Source of the DNA: an uncultured Gammaproteobacteria bacterium
GTDB lineage: Bacteria > Patescibacteriota > Patescibacteriia > UBA11705
Assembly: GCA_964592195.1 (NCBI GenBank)
Contig: CAZQEI010000003.1
Span: 20,174 to 84,173, forward strand
Length of the DNA stretch: 64,000 nucleotides
Reading direction: 5' to 3'
Shown: piece by piece, positions 30,405 through 40,854 of the stretch
Layout: each line of letters opens with the position of its first letter
How positions within the stretch are numbered: the stretch's first letter is position 1
Program-made: the position numbers and the translations under genes
The notes under the pieces: model-generated
Seen by the model: only the letters and a program-made list of their open reading frames with translations
Databases searched by the model: none
What the model was told of the DNA's origin: nothing

Positions 30405-31091
30405 TCAATGATCATTGTTCAATGTGGAAAAAAAATGAATTAAATTAAAATTCAATTGATAATCCATGCGGGATGGACCGAGGATGAATAAGCGGGCATC
30501 AGCGGCGGCTGGGATTTTACTACCGACCACGGAACATTGGCCACCGAAGGGGCAATTCTCACCGATCAACACATGCGGTTCATTCGTAGATTCAAATACT
30601 TCATTAATCACTCCCTCAAAATGATCCAACACGCGGGACAAATCAATCACCGCATTTTTATCGGCAAACTCAGGTTGAGAAAATAACATTGATAATCCGG
30701 TGTAATAAATATCATTTTCAGAAAATGCCAAAATGACTGCTTCATTGACTAACTCGGAAATTTTCTTGGCTAGTTGCTTTTGATTTTCTCGTGAAATATT
30801 CTCAGATACTAAATCATCAAAAACGTCTTTGATTTTAGCACTTAATTTTTCTACCTTTAAAAAGTTATCCACATAGTATTGATAGCCTTTAGCAGTTGGA
30901 ATTCTCCCTGCGGAAGTATGTGGAGAAACTAAAAAACCCAACTTTTCAAGTTCAATCATCTCATTGCGCATGGTGGCTGAGCTGATGGGCTCTGGCCATT
31001 TGGACGCCAAAAATTGAGACGCGACCGGTTGGGCGGTTTTGATATATTCTTCAATAATAACCTGTAATAATTGTGATAAACGTTCTCGCAT
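30405..31091 (-). CDS. hrcA: heat-inducible transcription repressor HrcA (short form)
   Basis: N-terminal wHTH LSQLLQVIIEEYIKTAQPVASQFLA; CIRCE immediately upstream; start taken at ATG 31089-31091. Confidence 0.75.
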   Translation of the reverse strand: MRERLSQLLQVIIEEYIKTAQPVASQFLASKWPEPISSATMRNEMIELEKLGFLVSPHTSAGRIPTAKGYQYYVDNFLKVEKLSAKIKDVFDDLVSENISRENQKQLAKKISELVNEAVILAFSENDIYYTGLSMLFSQPEFADKNAVIDLSRVLDHFEGVINEVFESTNEPHVLIGENCPFGGQCSVVGSKIPAAADARLFILGPSRMDYQLNFNLIHFFSTLNNDH

Positions 31092-31093
31092 AG

Positions 31094-31120
31094 TTAGCAC
31101 TCAGTTTAATAGACTGCTAA
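31094..31120. promoter_or_regulatory. CIRCE operator TTAGCACTC-N9-GACTGCTAA (1 mismatch to consensus)
   Basis: read directly, abutting hrcA start. Confidence 0.6.
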
Positions 31121-31288
31121 CTACATTATATAGGAATAAATGAGGGTGTCAATAGTCAATGAACATTGATCATTGATCACGGGATAAGCACTAAATCTTA
31201 AATTCTAAAGTAGGAAATATTCTTTTAAATAATAACTTCCATCCCTTTTTCTCATTATACTCTTTTACTCTTTATTCTCACATTTCCA

Positions 31289-33139
31289 TTACCAAACGAC
31301 CCCATTACCCTTCGGTATTTTATCACTAATTGGTAATTCAGTAGTTAAATCAGACAAAGCATGTGTCACTCTCTTGCCGGTCAAGGCGTCGGTGCCGGAA
31401 ATGGTAATGTTTTCTAATAAATTAACCACATCTCCACGTTGGTCAGCAGATGGCGTTAACCCTAGTTCAAAAGCTAAACTTATATTAGCCGGGTTAACTT
31501 TCACTTTACTTAATGCCCACGACACAGTTTTTGTCGCCGCGTCGTAGTTTATATTTTTTCCAATGGTAACGCTAGTTTGATTGGTCCATACCACATTCGC
31601 CGCTAAATTCGCGCTTAAACGTACATCATTCATATCCCGCACATCATTGGTGACCTGCATAAAGATCCAATATTTTGTAGTTTGACCAACTTGCGGAGGA
31701 ATTGGACCGCGACCAAGTTGATCGCCCTCGGGTGAATAGTAACGAACGCTGGATTTTAACCCTAAATTATTTTCCAAAACAGCCAGTGCCGGTGCCGCGG
31801 TCAAGCTTAAAGCATTTTTATTTATTTCAAAATTTATTTTTGGCGTAATACTAATCTGATTGTCAGCGCTAGAAAAACTGGAATTAGTTTTCAAAGCTAA
31901 AGTTATTTCTCGTTTTTCACCTGGAGTCAACAGATCAAACCAAGGGAAATCTAAATTGTTGAAAATAATATTCCCGTCTTTAATTACTGGTTGACGAGAT
32001 GAGGCTGTTAACCATTGACCAACATTGTTATCCTCGGGTAATAATAAAGAAATATTTTCAATATTATTTGATCCTGTATTTTCAAATTTTAAATTTAAAG
32101 TTAAATTCTGTCCTGGTTGAATAGATGATTCAGTTAACGCCGCGGTAAACTTCAATCCCGGATTATAAATCACCAACGTTTTTTCTTCTTGCCATTGCAA
32201 ATAATATTCACCATTATACTTCACATAAAAACTTAACTTTAATGGCACGGTCAAATCTGAGCCAGTCACTTGCCAAGTAGAATCAATCGTGACTTTTTCT
32301 TCCGGCGTAACTCCATATTTTCGCCAGACACCGTCCAGGTAACTTTCACCACCATCAATCACTTTTAAATTATTAGCCGGGAAAACTTGCCAATACACTT
32401 CATCAAAATTTTCCGCCACGTTGATCAAACCAAATTGCATCGCGAAATTTTCTCCGGCAATCGCTTGAGTTGGCGCTAACCAAGAAGTTTTAAATTCGCT
32501 GCCGGCGAAAGAATATTCAAACTGTTTATTGGTATTAAACTTTCCCCATAAACGCGCGCCGTATTTATTGGTTTTGTAATAGCTAAAGGTGGTGTAAATA
32601 GACTGCTTCTCGTTAACATTGCCCAGGACTCTCCCAGTAATCGTCAATTTACCATTCGCCCCCGGAGCCAAATCACCAAGGAACAAAATATTTTTCTCTC
32701 GATCATAATCAGTGCGAGACACATCTTGGAAATTAAAATTCTTTGGAAGTTTCACGGCCAAGGACGCTAATTGCAAATCAAAAGGATTATCATTGGTATA
32801 TTCAATTACAAAACTGGTTAAACCGGCGCTTTTAATTTCTTGTGATTGAGAATAAACATTCACATTTAGTTTATCCACAAAATAATGACTACCACCAATC
32901 CAGTAGAAAATATTGGCAACAATAGCTAATAAAATTGTTATCGCAATCAAACCATCAATGAATAGATGTTTTATATTAAAACGATAACGAACGTTCCACC
33001 TTTGTCTCCACCATTTTCCCGGGGCGGTAAAAACATTGATATTTTTTATTTCAATTTTGTCATCCTTGCCCTCGCGTTGCAGTTCATCGCGAATATCTTT
33101 GAAGTCGTCGGGGCGGATTTCGAGTAAATTGTTTACCAT
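31289..33139 (-). CDS. membrane-anchored (N-terminal TM) large extracytoplasmic protein, hypothetical
   Basis: 616 aa, single TM at ~res 60-85, beta-rich body. Confidence 0.5.
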   Translation of the reverse strand: MVNNLLEIRPDDFKDIRDELQREGKDDKIEIKNINVFTAPGKWWRQRWNVRYRFNIKHLFIDGLIAITILLAIVANIFYWIGGSHYFVDKLNVNVYSQSQEIKSAGLTSFVIEYTNDNPFDLQLASLAVKLPKNFNFQDVSRTDYDREKNILFLGDLAPGANGKLTITGRVLGNVNEKQSIYTTFSYYKTNKYGARLWGKFNTNKQFEYSFAGSEFKTSWLAPTQAIAGENFAMQFGLINVAENFDEVYWQVFPANNLKVIDGGESYLDGVWRKYGVTPEEKVTIDSTWQVTGSDLTVPLKLSFYVKYNGEYYLQWQEEKTLVIYNPGLKFTAALTESSIQPGQNLTLNLKFENTGSNNIENISLLLPEDNNVGQWLTASSRQPVIKDGNIIFNNLDFPWFDLLTPGEKREITLALKTNSSFSSADNQISITPKINFEINKNALSLTAAPALAVLENNLGLKSSVRYYSPEGDQLGRGPIPPQVGQTTKYWIFMQVTNDVRDMNDVRLSANLAANVVWTNQTSVTIGKNINYDAATKTVSWALSKVKVNPANISLAFELGLTPSADQRGDVVNLLENITISGTDALTGKRVTHALSDLTTELPISDKIPKGNGVVW

Positions 33140-33312
33140 ATTTTATAATTTATTTCGCTACTACGAATGACAAAGTGGCTACGAATCAACGAATCTTAAA
33201 AGCATAGAAAGCAGAGTAACAATAACAATGTTTTTGAAGTATAGATATTCGTAGATACCTGCCTGCGCAGGCAGGCGTAGCAGATACGTTATTGGTAGCA
33301 AAGACCTATCAT

Positions 33313-35352
33313 TTACCTTACAAAAGAAAAAGCATTGTTGGTCGTGGCAATAATTTCCAACTTATCATTTCCGTCAATATCGGCGACAGCCACAGCTACG
33401 CCGTCGGTATTATTTTTATCAAAAGCAAAGAATTGTCCGAGTTTTAATTCACCTTTAATATCAAAAATCTTCACATGAGGTGCACCGCCTTTACCTGGAC
33501 CGGTAATTATTTCCGCTTTGCCGTCATTATCCAAATCACCCACTGCCACGTTCACCCCACCGCGGAATTTTTTGTCATAAGCAAAGAACCCCGGATTGAC
33601 TAACTTGCCATTCACGCTGAAAATTCTCACATGCGGACCGCCTCCAACTCCAGCACCAGTTGCAATTTCAAAGTTGCCATCACCATTCACATCACCCACA
33701 GCCACATTCACACCACCACGATATTCTTTAGCATAAGCGAAAAAGCCGGGATTGATCAACTTTCCACTTGAATTAAAAATTCTCACTTGCGGACCACCGC
33801 CGTCTTTCGTTCCCGTAATTATTTCTTTTTTACCATCTTTATCTAAATCAGCCACGACAAAGTTTATTCCCTGGTTAAAAGTCTCACCGTAAGGATAAAA
33901 TGATGCTTGCAAATTATAGTTGGAATTGTAAATTTTAATTTGATTTGAGTTAGCCACAATAATATTACGATCGCCATCATTATCAATATCTGTTTGCGAA
34001 ACCATGACACCGCCAAGGAACTGATTCAAGTAAGCGAAAAATCCGGATTGCACAGATTGACCATACAAATCGAAAACCCGAGCAAAGGAACCATTGGAAT
34101 AAGTGGCATTATTAATCTCAGAAGTATTTTTTAATAAGATCAAACCATCCTCACCTTTCAAGGTTACTTGATTCACAAATGATCCATCGTTGATCACAGT
34201 ATCTTGTTTTCCCTTTAACTTGGAATATTCAGCTCGTAAATCAATGGTATATTCTTTCTTTGTTGAGTTAACTAACACTACACCCTTCTCAAAATCTCTT
34301 CGCCACACTCCGTCAGTTAACTTTTGACTATTAGTTAAAATATTCAAAGGCTCTCCGATAGGTTTTCCCAAATACACATCATATTCATCATACCACCACA
34401 TCTCCGTATGTGTCTGATCACCGTTATCAAAACTGTAAAAACCATCACTAAGCAAGGCGCTGGCTAAGCCATAACGCATTTTTTGATAATCGCTTCGCTT
34501 CTGAGTATTGTTAACATTACTATTTAAAATACCAATAGTCGGTGAATAACCGTCTTTCACGATCGTGCGGTAACGATTCATGGTGTAGGCCCAACCTTGA
34601 TACGGGAAATGCTCGTAAAGTGACCCATTAATATATTTATAATAACCTTCTCCCCCATTACCCACAATAGTCACATCCGATCCAAACAACTGACGAGAAT
34701 TACTTAACAAAGTACTCATCCCCGCTCTCCAAGCCGCTGTCTGCTCTACTTTGGTTTCTGCTTTGCCGTCCCGATTCAAATCAATATTAAAACTTTCGAG
34801 GAAATCAATGCCCATCCAGACATTATCATAAAAAACTCCATCCCAAAGTCCGGTGCTTAATATTTCATTTTTTACAAACCACGGAATGTAATCATAATAT
34901 TTCTTACCATCAACAGTAGGACAATTATCTGTAACATTTAAAATCGGATTACCCGGCCACCAGTAAACCTTATTACCATCTTTATCTCGCAACCACCATT
35001 CGTTCGGTATGCCATCAATAAATTTCTTGCGCAAAGTTCCCGGTAAATTCGAAGAATCACCGCGCACTTCTTGACTGGCCAAATAAGCTAACAATTTAAT
35101 TTTGGGATTATATTTTTTTAACAAGCGTAAACTATTCGGCGAATAATGCTGCACTTCCATGTCAATCAACAAAACATCCCACTGTGCCAAGGTTTTCGCC
35201 TCAGCCTCGGTAATATCCCAACGAAAAAAAATGTTGGCCAACTTCGGAGAGTCAACATTGAGAGCCGCGCTTCGAGCGGGCAAATCACTGACAGCTAAAC
35301 AACCGGAAACTAACATCACAATTAAAATAATTTTGGTGAATATTTTTTTCAT
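33313..35352 (-). CDS. secreted protein with C-terminal FG-GAP/VCBS-like repeats
   Basis: signal peptide; 4-5 repeats FFAYxxxxRGGVNVAVGDxxxDGxxEIxTGxGxGGxPHVxIF. Confidence 0.6.
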   Translation of the reverse strand: MKKIFTKIILIVMLVSGCLAVSDLPARSAALNVDSPKLANIFFRWDITEAEAKTLAQWDVLLIDMEVQHYSPNSLRLLKKYNPKIKLLAYLASQEVRGDSSNLPGTLRKKFIDGIPNEWWLRDKDGNKVYWWPGNPILNVTDNCPTVDGKKYYDYIPWFVKNEILSTGLWDGVFYDNVWMGIDFLESFNIDLNRDGKAETKVEQTAAWRAGMSTLLSNSRQLFGSDVTIVGNGGEGYYKYINGSLYEHFPYQGWAYTMNRYRTIVKDGYSPTIGILNSNVNNTQKRSDYQKMRYGLASALLSDGFYSFDNGDQTHTEMWWYDEYDVYLGKPIGEPLNILTNSQKLTDGVWRRDFEKGVVLVNSTKKEYTIDLRAEYSKLKGKQDTVINDGSFVNQVTLKGEDGLILLKNTSEINNATYSNGSFARVFDLYGQSVQSGFFAYLNQFLGGVMVSQTDIDNDGDRNIIVANSNQIKIYNSNYNLQASFYPYGETFNQGINFVVADLDKDGKKEIITGTKDGGGPQVRIFNSSGKLINPGFFAYAKEYRGGVNVAVGDVNGDGNFEIATGAGVGGGPHVRIFSVNGKLVNPGFFAYDKKFRGGVNVAVGDLDNDGKAEIITGPGKGGAPHVKIFDIKGELKLGQFFAFDKNNTDGVAVAVADIDGNDKLEIIATTNNAFSFVR

Positions 35353-35354
35353 GT

Positions 35355-36572
35355 TTAACCACTAGGCATCTCACGATTAATAGTTTCCAAATAAATATCT
35401 TGCAAACGTTCTACATAATGCTCATTCATTTTTTCGATCTTTTCTCGGGCTTGTTTTCCGACTGATTCGATTTGATTCACATCATACCAAACATCTTTAA
35501 TGGTTTGTCTTAAATCTAAATAATTACCCGCTTCAAACACCCATCCAGTTTGTCTGGGCGTCACCAACTCTGGCACACCGCCCAAGTCGCTGGCAATCAC
35601 TGGTTTACCCCACGCCATAGCTTGTGTCACCACATACGGACTATTCTCTCCCAATTCAGACGGGAAAACTACTAAACGGCTGTGACGTACATAATCAGCA
35701 ATCTCGCTTTGATTTTTGTAACCAAGGAATTCCACATTGCGAATACGATTCTTTTCCACTAACTGTTTTAATTTTAATAAATCTTCCCCTTCGCCAATGA
35801 TTTGCACAGGAATATCTTCCAACTCTTCAACCGCTTTCAACAAGGTTTCAATTCCCTTGCCATACACCAACCGTGATACGCAAACTAATTTTTCTCCCGG
35901 AATAAACTGCGGACTATATTTATCAATAGCTAACGGATTATTCAAATAGGAAATATTTTTCACGCCATGTTGCTCCATGGTTTTCAGCATAAATTGGCTG
36001 GGCGCCAGAAACCAATCAATTTTTTCTTGATATAAATTAAAAACTTTAATTAGCCAATGTTCAATATCTGCCCACAAACTAATCAAATAGGAATTTTGCA
36101 CTTGTTTTTCTTTTAAGGTTTGCCAAGCATCAGCCGGTTGACAGACACCGCGATAGCAACGCAAATTGTAAGCTGGAGAAATCATTTGAAAATCATGCAA
36201 AGTTTGCACCACCGGCACTTTATGTTTTTTCAAGACAGTTAAAATTGACGGCGTTAAATGATGCAAAAAATTATGCAAATGAGCAATCTCTGGCTTTTCC
36301 GCGATGATTATTTTTTCTAATTGCTCGGCCGCGGGTTTGGAATAAAATGATCGACAAGCTTTTTTCAATTCTTTCCACCAACCTTCACGCATAGAAAAAT
36401 CAATTTCCGGCGCAAAGTAACCAGCAAAGGGCGATTCTAAGTTCCTCGAATTCGCCATGCTAAAAACTATCACCTCGTGCCCGGCCGATTCCAACAAGCG
36501 TTTAGTGTCATACATGGCTATTTCCGCGCCACCGCGTTCGTAGTAGAATTTGTTGATTAGGAGAATTTTCAT
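35355..36572 (-). CDS. GT4-family glycosyltransferase
   Basis: C-terminal E-x7-E GT4 motif region PSELGENSPYVVTQAMAWGKPVIASDLGGVPELV. Confidence 0.8.
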   Translation of the reverse strand: MKILLINKFYYERGGAEIAMYDTKRLLESAGHEVIVFSMANSRNLESPFAGYFAPEIDFSMREGWWKELKKACRSFYSKPAAEQLEKIIIAEKPEIAHLHNFLHHLTPSILTVLKKHKVPVVQTLHDFQMISPAYNLRCYRGVCQPADAWQTLKEKQVQNSYLISLWADIEHWLIKVFNLYQEKIDWFLAPSQFMLKTMEQHGVKNISYLNNPLAIDKYSPQFIPGEKLVCVSRLVYGKGIETLLKAVEELEDIPVQIIGEGEDLLKLKQLVEKNRIRNVEFLGYKNQSEIADYVRHSRLVVFPSELGENSPYVVTQAMAWGKPVIASDLGGVPELVTPRQTGWVFEAGNYLDLRQTIKDVWYDVNQIESVGKQAREKIEKMNEHYVERLQDIYLETINREMPSG

Positions 36573-36584
36573 ATTTTTTTATTT

Positions 36585-36770
36585 CGTAATTCGTAAAGCT
36601 TAACACGTTATTCGTTAAACGTGAAACGAGATACGTGAAGCGTTAATCGTAATTCGTAATTCGTTATACGTAATTCGTGAAGCGATAAATACCTACCCGA
36701 TTAAGGCCTATATTCTTGATTCTTAATTCTTAATTCTTAATTCTTGATTCTTAATTCTTCTCCCTCACCC
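36585..36770. repeat. low-complexity tandem repeats (CGTAATTCGTAA units; TAATTCTTGATTCT units)
   Basis: read directly. Confidence 0.6.
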
Positions 36771-36778
36771 CCTCATAC

Positions 36779-37870
36779 CTATTTAACCAACCACTGATAC
36801 AAATTCTCATATTCTTTGATCAGTAAATTGATATCAAATTTTTCATGCACCCGGGATTGTAATTTCACTGCCATTTTCTGAGCTTCGTCGCGATGGGTAA
36901 AAATCCAATTCATAATATTCACCAAACTTTCAAGGTCATTCGGCTCAAACATTCTACCGTTAACGCCATCGGTAATAATTTCCGGCACACCACCGACTCG
37001 AGAAGCAACAACAAACTTCCCCAAGGCAGCGGCTTCAATCACTGACAATCCCATGCCTTCACTGCGACTAGCAAGAACAAAGACATCAGACTTTTCCAAG
37101 TATTCTCGAATATCGGGAATAAAACCGGTGAATAAAATCTTTTCTTCCATTTTCTGTTGCGTGACCATCTCTTGCAACTTCGAACGTTCCGATCCATCAC
37201 CGACTAAATACAATTGCCAATCATCACGTTTCAAATACTTACAAGCGCGAACTAACGTTCTATGATTTTTCAATGGTACCAAGCGACCGACAGAACAGAA
37301 AGTCACTTTATCATGACGTAAAATTGGTGGCGCTTCCTTACTGAATTTCGACATATCAATACCATTGTAGATTACGGTAATTTTTTCCCCCGGATACTTA
37401 TTGAACTTCACCAAAAAATCACGGCTGGCATTCGAAATCGCCACGATACGGGAATAAAATTTTCGCACTTGACCCAACAATATTTTTTTAATAAACGGAT
37501 CCGGTAAAACATCATGTTTAGTTCCAATAATAACCGGCACTTTTGCCAACTTAGCGGCCCAGCCACCCCAGAACTCGCCACCGAATAAATGCAAGTGAAC
37601 AATATCGGGTTTTTCCTGTTTAAAAAATTGTTTCAAGCGACGAACCACAGTCCAATCACCTTTGAAATGTTTGGAAATAACGGTCACTTTAATCTCCGCC
37701 ACGTTAAAATCACGCACCAGCTTGCCACCGCGACCGATGGTGACCACTTGAAAATCAAATTTGGATTTATCAATCTTGCGACCCAAATCCAAAAGCAACC
37801 GCTCAGCACCGCCGTAGTTTAATTCACTGATAACATGAATAATTTTTATTTTTTTGGACATAAAATTCAA
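36779..37870 (-). CDS. GT4-family glycosyltransferase
   Basis: SEGMGLSVIEAAALGKFVVASRVGGVPEII; overlaps next gene upstream by 4 nt. Confidence 0.8.
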   Translation of the reverse strand: MNFMSKKIKIIHVISELNYGGAERLLLDLGRKIDKSKFDFQVVTIGRGGKLVRDFNVAEIKVTVISKHFKGDWTVVRRLKQFFKQEKPDIVHLHLFGGEFWGGWAAKLAKVPVIIGTKHDVLPDPFIKKILLGQVRKFYSRIVAISNASRDFLVKFNKYPGEKITVIYNGIDMSKFSKEAPPILRHDKVTFCSVGRLVPLKNHRTLVRACKYLKRDDWQLYLVGDGSERSKLQEMVTQQKMEEKILFTGFIPDIREYLEKSDVFVLASRSEGMGLSVIEAAALGKFVVASRVGGVPEIITDGVNGRMFEPNDLESLVNIMNWIFTHRDEAQKMAVKLQSRVHEKFDINLLIKEYENLYQWLVK

Positions 37871-38889
37871 TCGTAATAATGTTCAGTTTGACTAAAGGCA
37901 AAAGCATTAACTATAAGATGAAAATCATCTGAATTAACTGTCGCAATTGTTATATGCCTATGATTACCGTTTTGTGAACCAAGTAATGTTGCTAATTCCG
38001 ACTCACTTTTAGTTTGCCCGGGAAGCCCGATCAAAGACCGAGAACAGACGCCATTAAGATAGATTGGTTGATAATCATTATTCATGTATGTTAACAAAAA
38101 ATCATAATACATTTCCACGAAGGTCGGACAAAATTTCTGAAAAGGAACCAACTTCATAAGTTCATCTAAAGGAACTTCCTCATCTTTCCGTTTCCAGATA
38201 TTAAATTTACGACAACATTGAGCCAATTGAAGTTCAGGTATGTCTTTAAGACCGACAGATTCTATATATTCAATATAATCATAGAATGCCTTTAATGTCA
38301 CATCCGAATCATCTTCTTCTTTGATAGATGAATTGTCAGGTCGTATCAATGCCCACCTTGAAGAAAATACTTCTGATGAAAACACCGGATCAAGTAGATC
38401 TATTGAATTCGCATTATGTTGTTCTAATTCAAACGAACCTGATATCATATTTAAACGATTATCAACTATTCTTTTCAACAGACCGGCATTCATTTTGTGT
38501 GCGTGTTTTTCCGGCGTCCAACGAAGCACTAACAAATGCCCCAAGTCTTTGGCTTTTTTCAATTCTGAATCAGAAAAAGGAATTGGTGGAATTTCATGCT
38601 CGGGAATTTCAAATCCAAACGCTTTTGTGACCGACTCAGGTCCAAAGAAACTCTCTTTTCCCATTATTTCAAGAGCTCTATCCATTTGGACTTCAACATT
38701 GCTTAATGTTTTTTCTTTTAATGGAGATAATCGTTCCAACTGTCCCAGTATTTCTTTCACTTGTTCTGGTGACGGCGGGTTGCCTTTATTACTCTTAACA
38801 ATATCATGCAGACGACTCGAAACTTCCGCGTAGGTATGAGCTACGGGTGAATCAGTTGATAAAGTTAAGTTTTGTATATTTTCCGGCAT
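37867..38889 (-). CDS. family-A paralog 1 (shared N-module + variable body), function unknown
   Basis: MPENIQNLTLSTDSPVAHTYAEVSSRLHDIVKSNKGNPPSPEQVKEILGQLERL then unique body. Confidence 0.75.
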   Translation of the reverse strand: MPENIQNLTLSTDSPVAHTYAEVSSRLHDIVKSNKGNPPSPEQVKEILGQLERLSPLKEKTLSNVEVQMDRALEIMGKESFFGPESVTKAFGFEIPEHEIPPIPFSDSELKKAKDLGHLLVLRWTPEKHAHKMNAGLLKRIVDNRLNMISGSFELEQHNANSIDLLDPVFSSEVFSSRWALIRPDNSSIKEEDDSDVTLKAFYDYIEYIESVGLKDIPELQLAQCCRKFNIWKRKDEEVPLDELMKLVPFQKFCPTFVEMYYDFLLTYMNNDYQPIYLNGVCSRSLIGLPGQTKSESELATLLGSQNGNHRHITIATVNSDDFHLIVNAFAFSQTEHYYD

Positions 38890-38896
38890 AAATATT

Positions 38897-39868
38897 TTAA
38901 TATCTATTGACCACCAATTTTATATTATGGCTATCACATGTCAACATATCTGTTTTCTCAAAAACAGAAAGAATCTTTTCATAATGTCCCAAAGTTCTAT
39001 TTTCACGAAGATATAGACAAGCGGCTTTTTGAGTACCTGATGGACCCTCTCTCCTACTTGTTCTGGTTAATATAGTTCCCAATTTCATTTTATCTCCCAG
39101 CAGTACCGCGTCATAAACCACCTCATTCAAAGTGGGTAAAAAATCTTGAATAACAGGCACATTCAAAAAATTTGATTGCCATAAAAATCCCGGGGTCTTA
39201 AAATACTCTTTCGTATCTTCAAAAGACGCCTTAACCTCTCTGGCGGGTACATACTTTGAGAACTGATCTCGAAACCAATCCATTAAATCAGGATAATTCG
39301 TTTTGTCTACAGTATCAATATATTGTCCATAGGGGCCACAAAGTGCCCAACCAAGACGAACAGCCTCATTTACTCCACTAGAACGGACATAATCTACCAT
39401 ATCATTAATATTTGCGCCGGTGCCTACTTTGAATCTACTAATCCAGACCAAACACAATTTATTTATATCTAACCATTTACGATCTGGTGTAATGTCCCAA
39501 CGTAAAATTAAACTGAGTCCTTGTTTTTTGGCCTTCATTAATTCCTTCTCTGAAAAATTTATAGTCGGTATCTGATCCACAGGCACATCAAAACCAAAAA
39601 CTTTTCTAATAGCTTCAGTTCCATAAAAGTTTTCTTCTCCCATAATATCTCGAGCATCATCCATCTCCACAGCACCTACAAATGGCGCTTCATCATCGAA
39701 ACTATCCAACCCTTCCAATTGTTTTAACATAAACTTCACCTGTTCCGGTGACGGTGGTTTACCATTGTTGCTCTTCACAATTTCATGCAACCGACTCGAT
39801 ACTTCCGCGTAGGTGTGAGCTACGGGTGAATTGTCGGGTAAAGTTAAGTTTTGGATATTTTCTGGCAT
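38897..39868 (-). CDS. family-A paralog 2
   Basis: same N-module; body shares FGF(D/E)(V/I)P...IP(T/P)I(N/P)FSE.EL..AK, GWALCGPY blocks with paralog 3. Confidence 0.75.
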   Translation of the reverse strand: MPENIQNLTLPDNSPVAHTYAEVSSRLHEIVKSNNGKPPSPEQVKFMLKQLEGLDSFDDEAPFVGAVEMDDARDIMGEENFYGTEAIRKVFGFDVPVDQIPTINFSEKELMKAKKQGLSLILRWDITPDRKWLDINKLCLVWISRFKVGTGANINDMVDYVRSSGVNEAVRLGWALCGPYGQYIDTVDKTNYPDLMDWFRDQFSKYVPAREVKASFEDTKEYFKTPGFLWQSNFLNVPVIQDFLPTLNEVVYDAVLLGDKMKLGTILTRTSRREGPSGTQKAACLYLRENRTLGHYEKILSVFEKTDMLTCDSHNIKLVVNRY

Positions 39869-39876
39869 GTGTTTTA

Positions 39877-40848
39877 TTAGTTACAATATCTATTAATCAC
39901 CATCTTTACATTATGACTGCCACAAGAAAGCATATTCGATTCATTGAAGACTGATAGTCTCATTGTTACGTTACCCGAATTTCTTTGTTCACGAATATTA
40001 AGGCAGGATATCTGTTGAACACTTCCCAAATCGCTATGACTATTTGTCCTAGTTAAAAAAGTTCTTCTGCTCATAAATGGTCCCAGTAATACAGCGTCAT
40101 AAAGAACTTCAGACAAACTAGGAAGGAAATTATTTAGTATTGGCAAACTTATTAGGTCAGCTTTATGCGTATAACCAGGGTGTTGATCTAAAAATTGATT
40201 AGCAGCTACACGCGCTTTATATATATCCGTTTGTGGAACAAAAACATTAATTTTCTCATTAAACCAATCCAGTAATGCCGGGAAGGAACTAAAATCACTC
40301 ATATCAATACTATCTACATATGGGCCGCAGAGCGCCCAGCCAGTGCGCGGGGCTCTTTCACTTAGTGCCACTGCAGAACTGCTCATTAATTGGATGTCTG
40401 TTTTAACCGGAAATCTCGTTTTCCAAACCGCTTGCAATCTATCAATATCTAAAGCCTCTCCCTCTGGTATTTCTCCCACACGTAAAATCAAACTAAACCC
40501 CAACTCTTTTGCATATATTAATTCCTGTTCTGAAAAATTTATCGCTGGGATATTTTTTTTGGGAATATCACTTTTGAATGCATATTTAATTTCTTTTGGT
40601 CCTAAAAAATGACCTTCACCCATAATCTCTAGAGCACGTCCCATTGTTACATTGCCAATAACCTCTTTACCCATATTGTTAATAGGCAACCGCCCCAACT
40701 GCGCCAACATTTCTTTCACCTGCTCCGCTGACGGTGGTTTACCATTGTTGCTTTTAACAATTTCATGCAATCGACTCGAAACTTCCGCGTAGGTGTGAGC
40801 TACGGGTAAATCAGTTGGTAAGGTTAATTTTGAGATATTTTCCGGCAT
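39877..40848 (-). CDS. family-A paralog 3
   Basis: same N-module. Confidence 0.75.
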   Translation of the reverse strand: MPENISKLTLPTDLPVAHTYAEVSSRLHEIVKSNNGKPPSAEQVKEMLAQLGRLPINNMGKEVIGNVTMGRALEIMGEGHFLGPKEIKYAFKSDIPKKNIPAINFSEQELIYAKELGFSLILRVGEIPEGEALDIDRLQAVWKTRFPVKTDIQLMSSSAVALSERAPRTGWALCGPYVDSIDMSDFSSFPALLDWFNEKINVFVPQTDIYKARVAANQFLDQHPGYTHKADLISLPILNNFLPSLSEVLYDAVLLGPFMSRRTFLTRTNSHSDLGSVQQISCLNIREQRNSGNVTMRLSVFNESNMLSCGSHNVKMVINRYCN

Positions 40849-40854
40849 ATTGAG

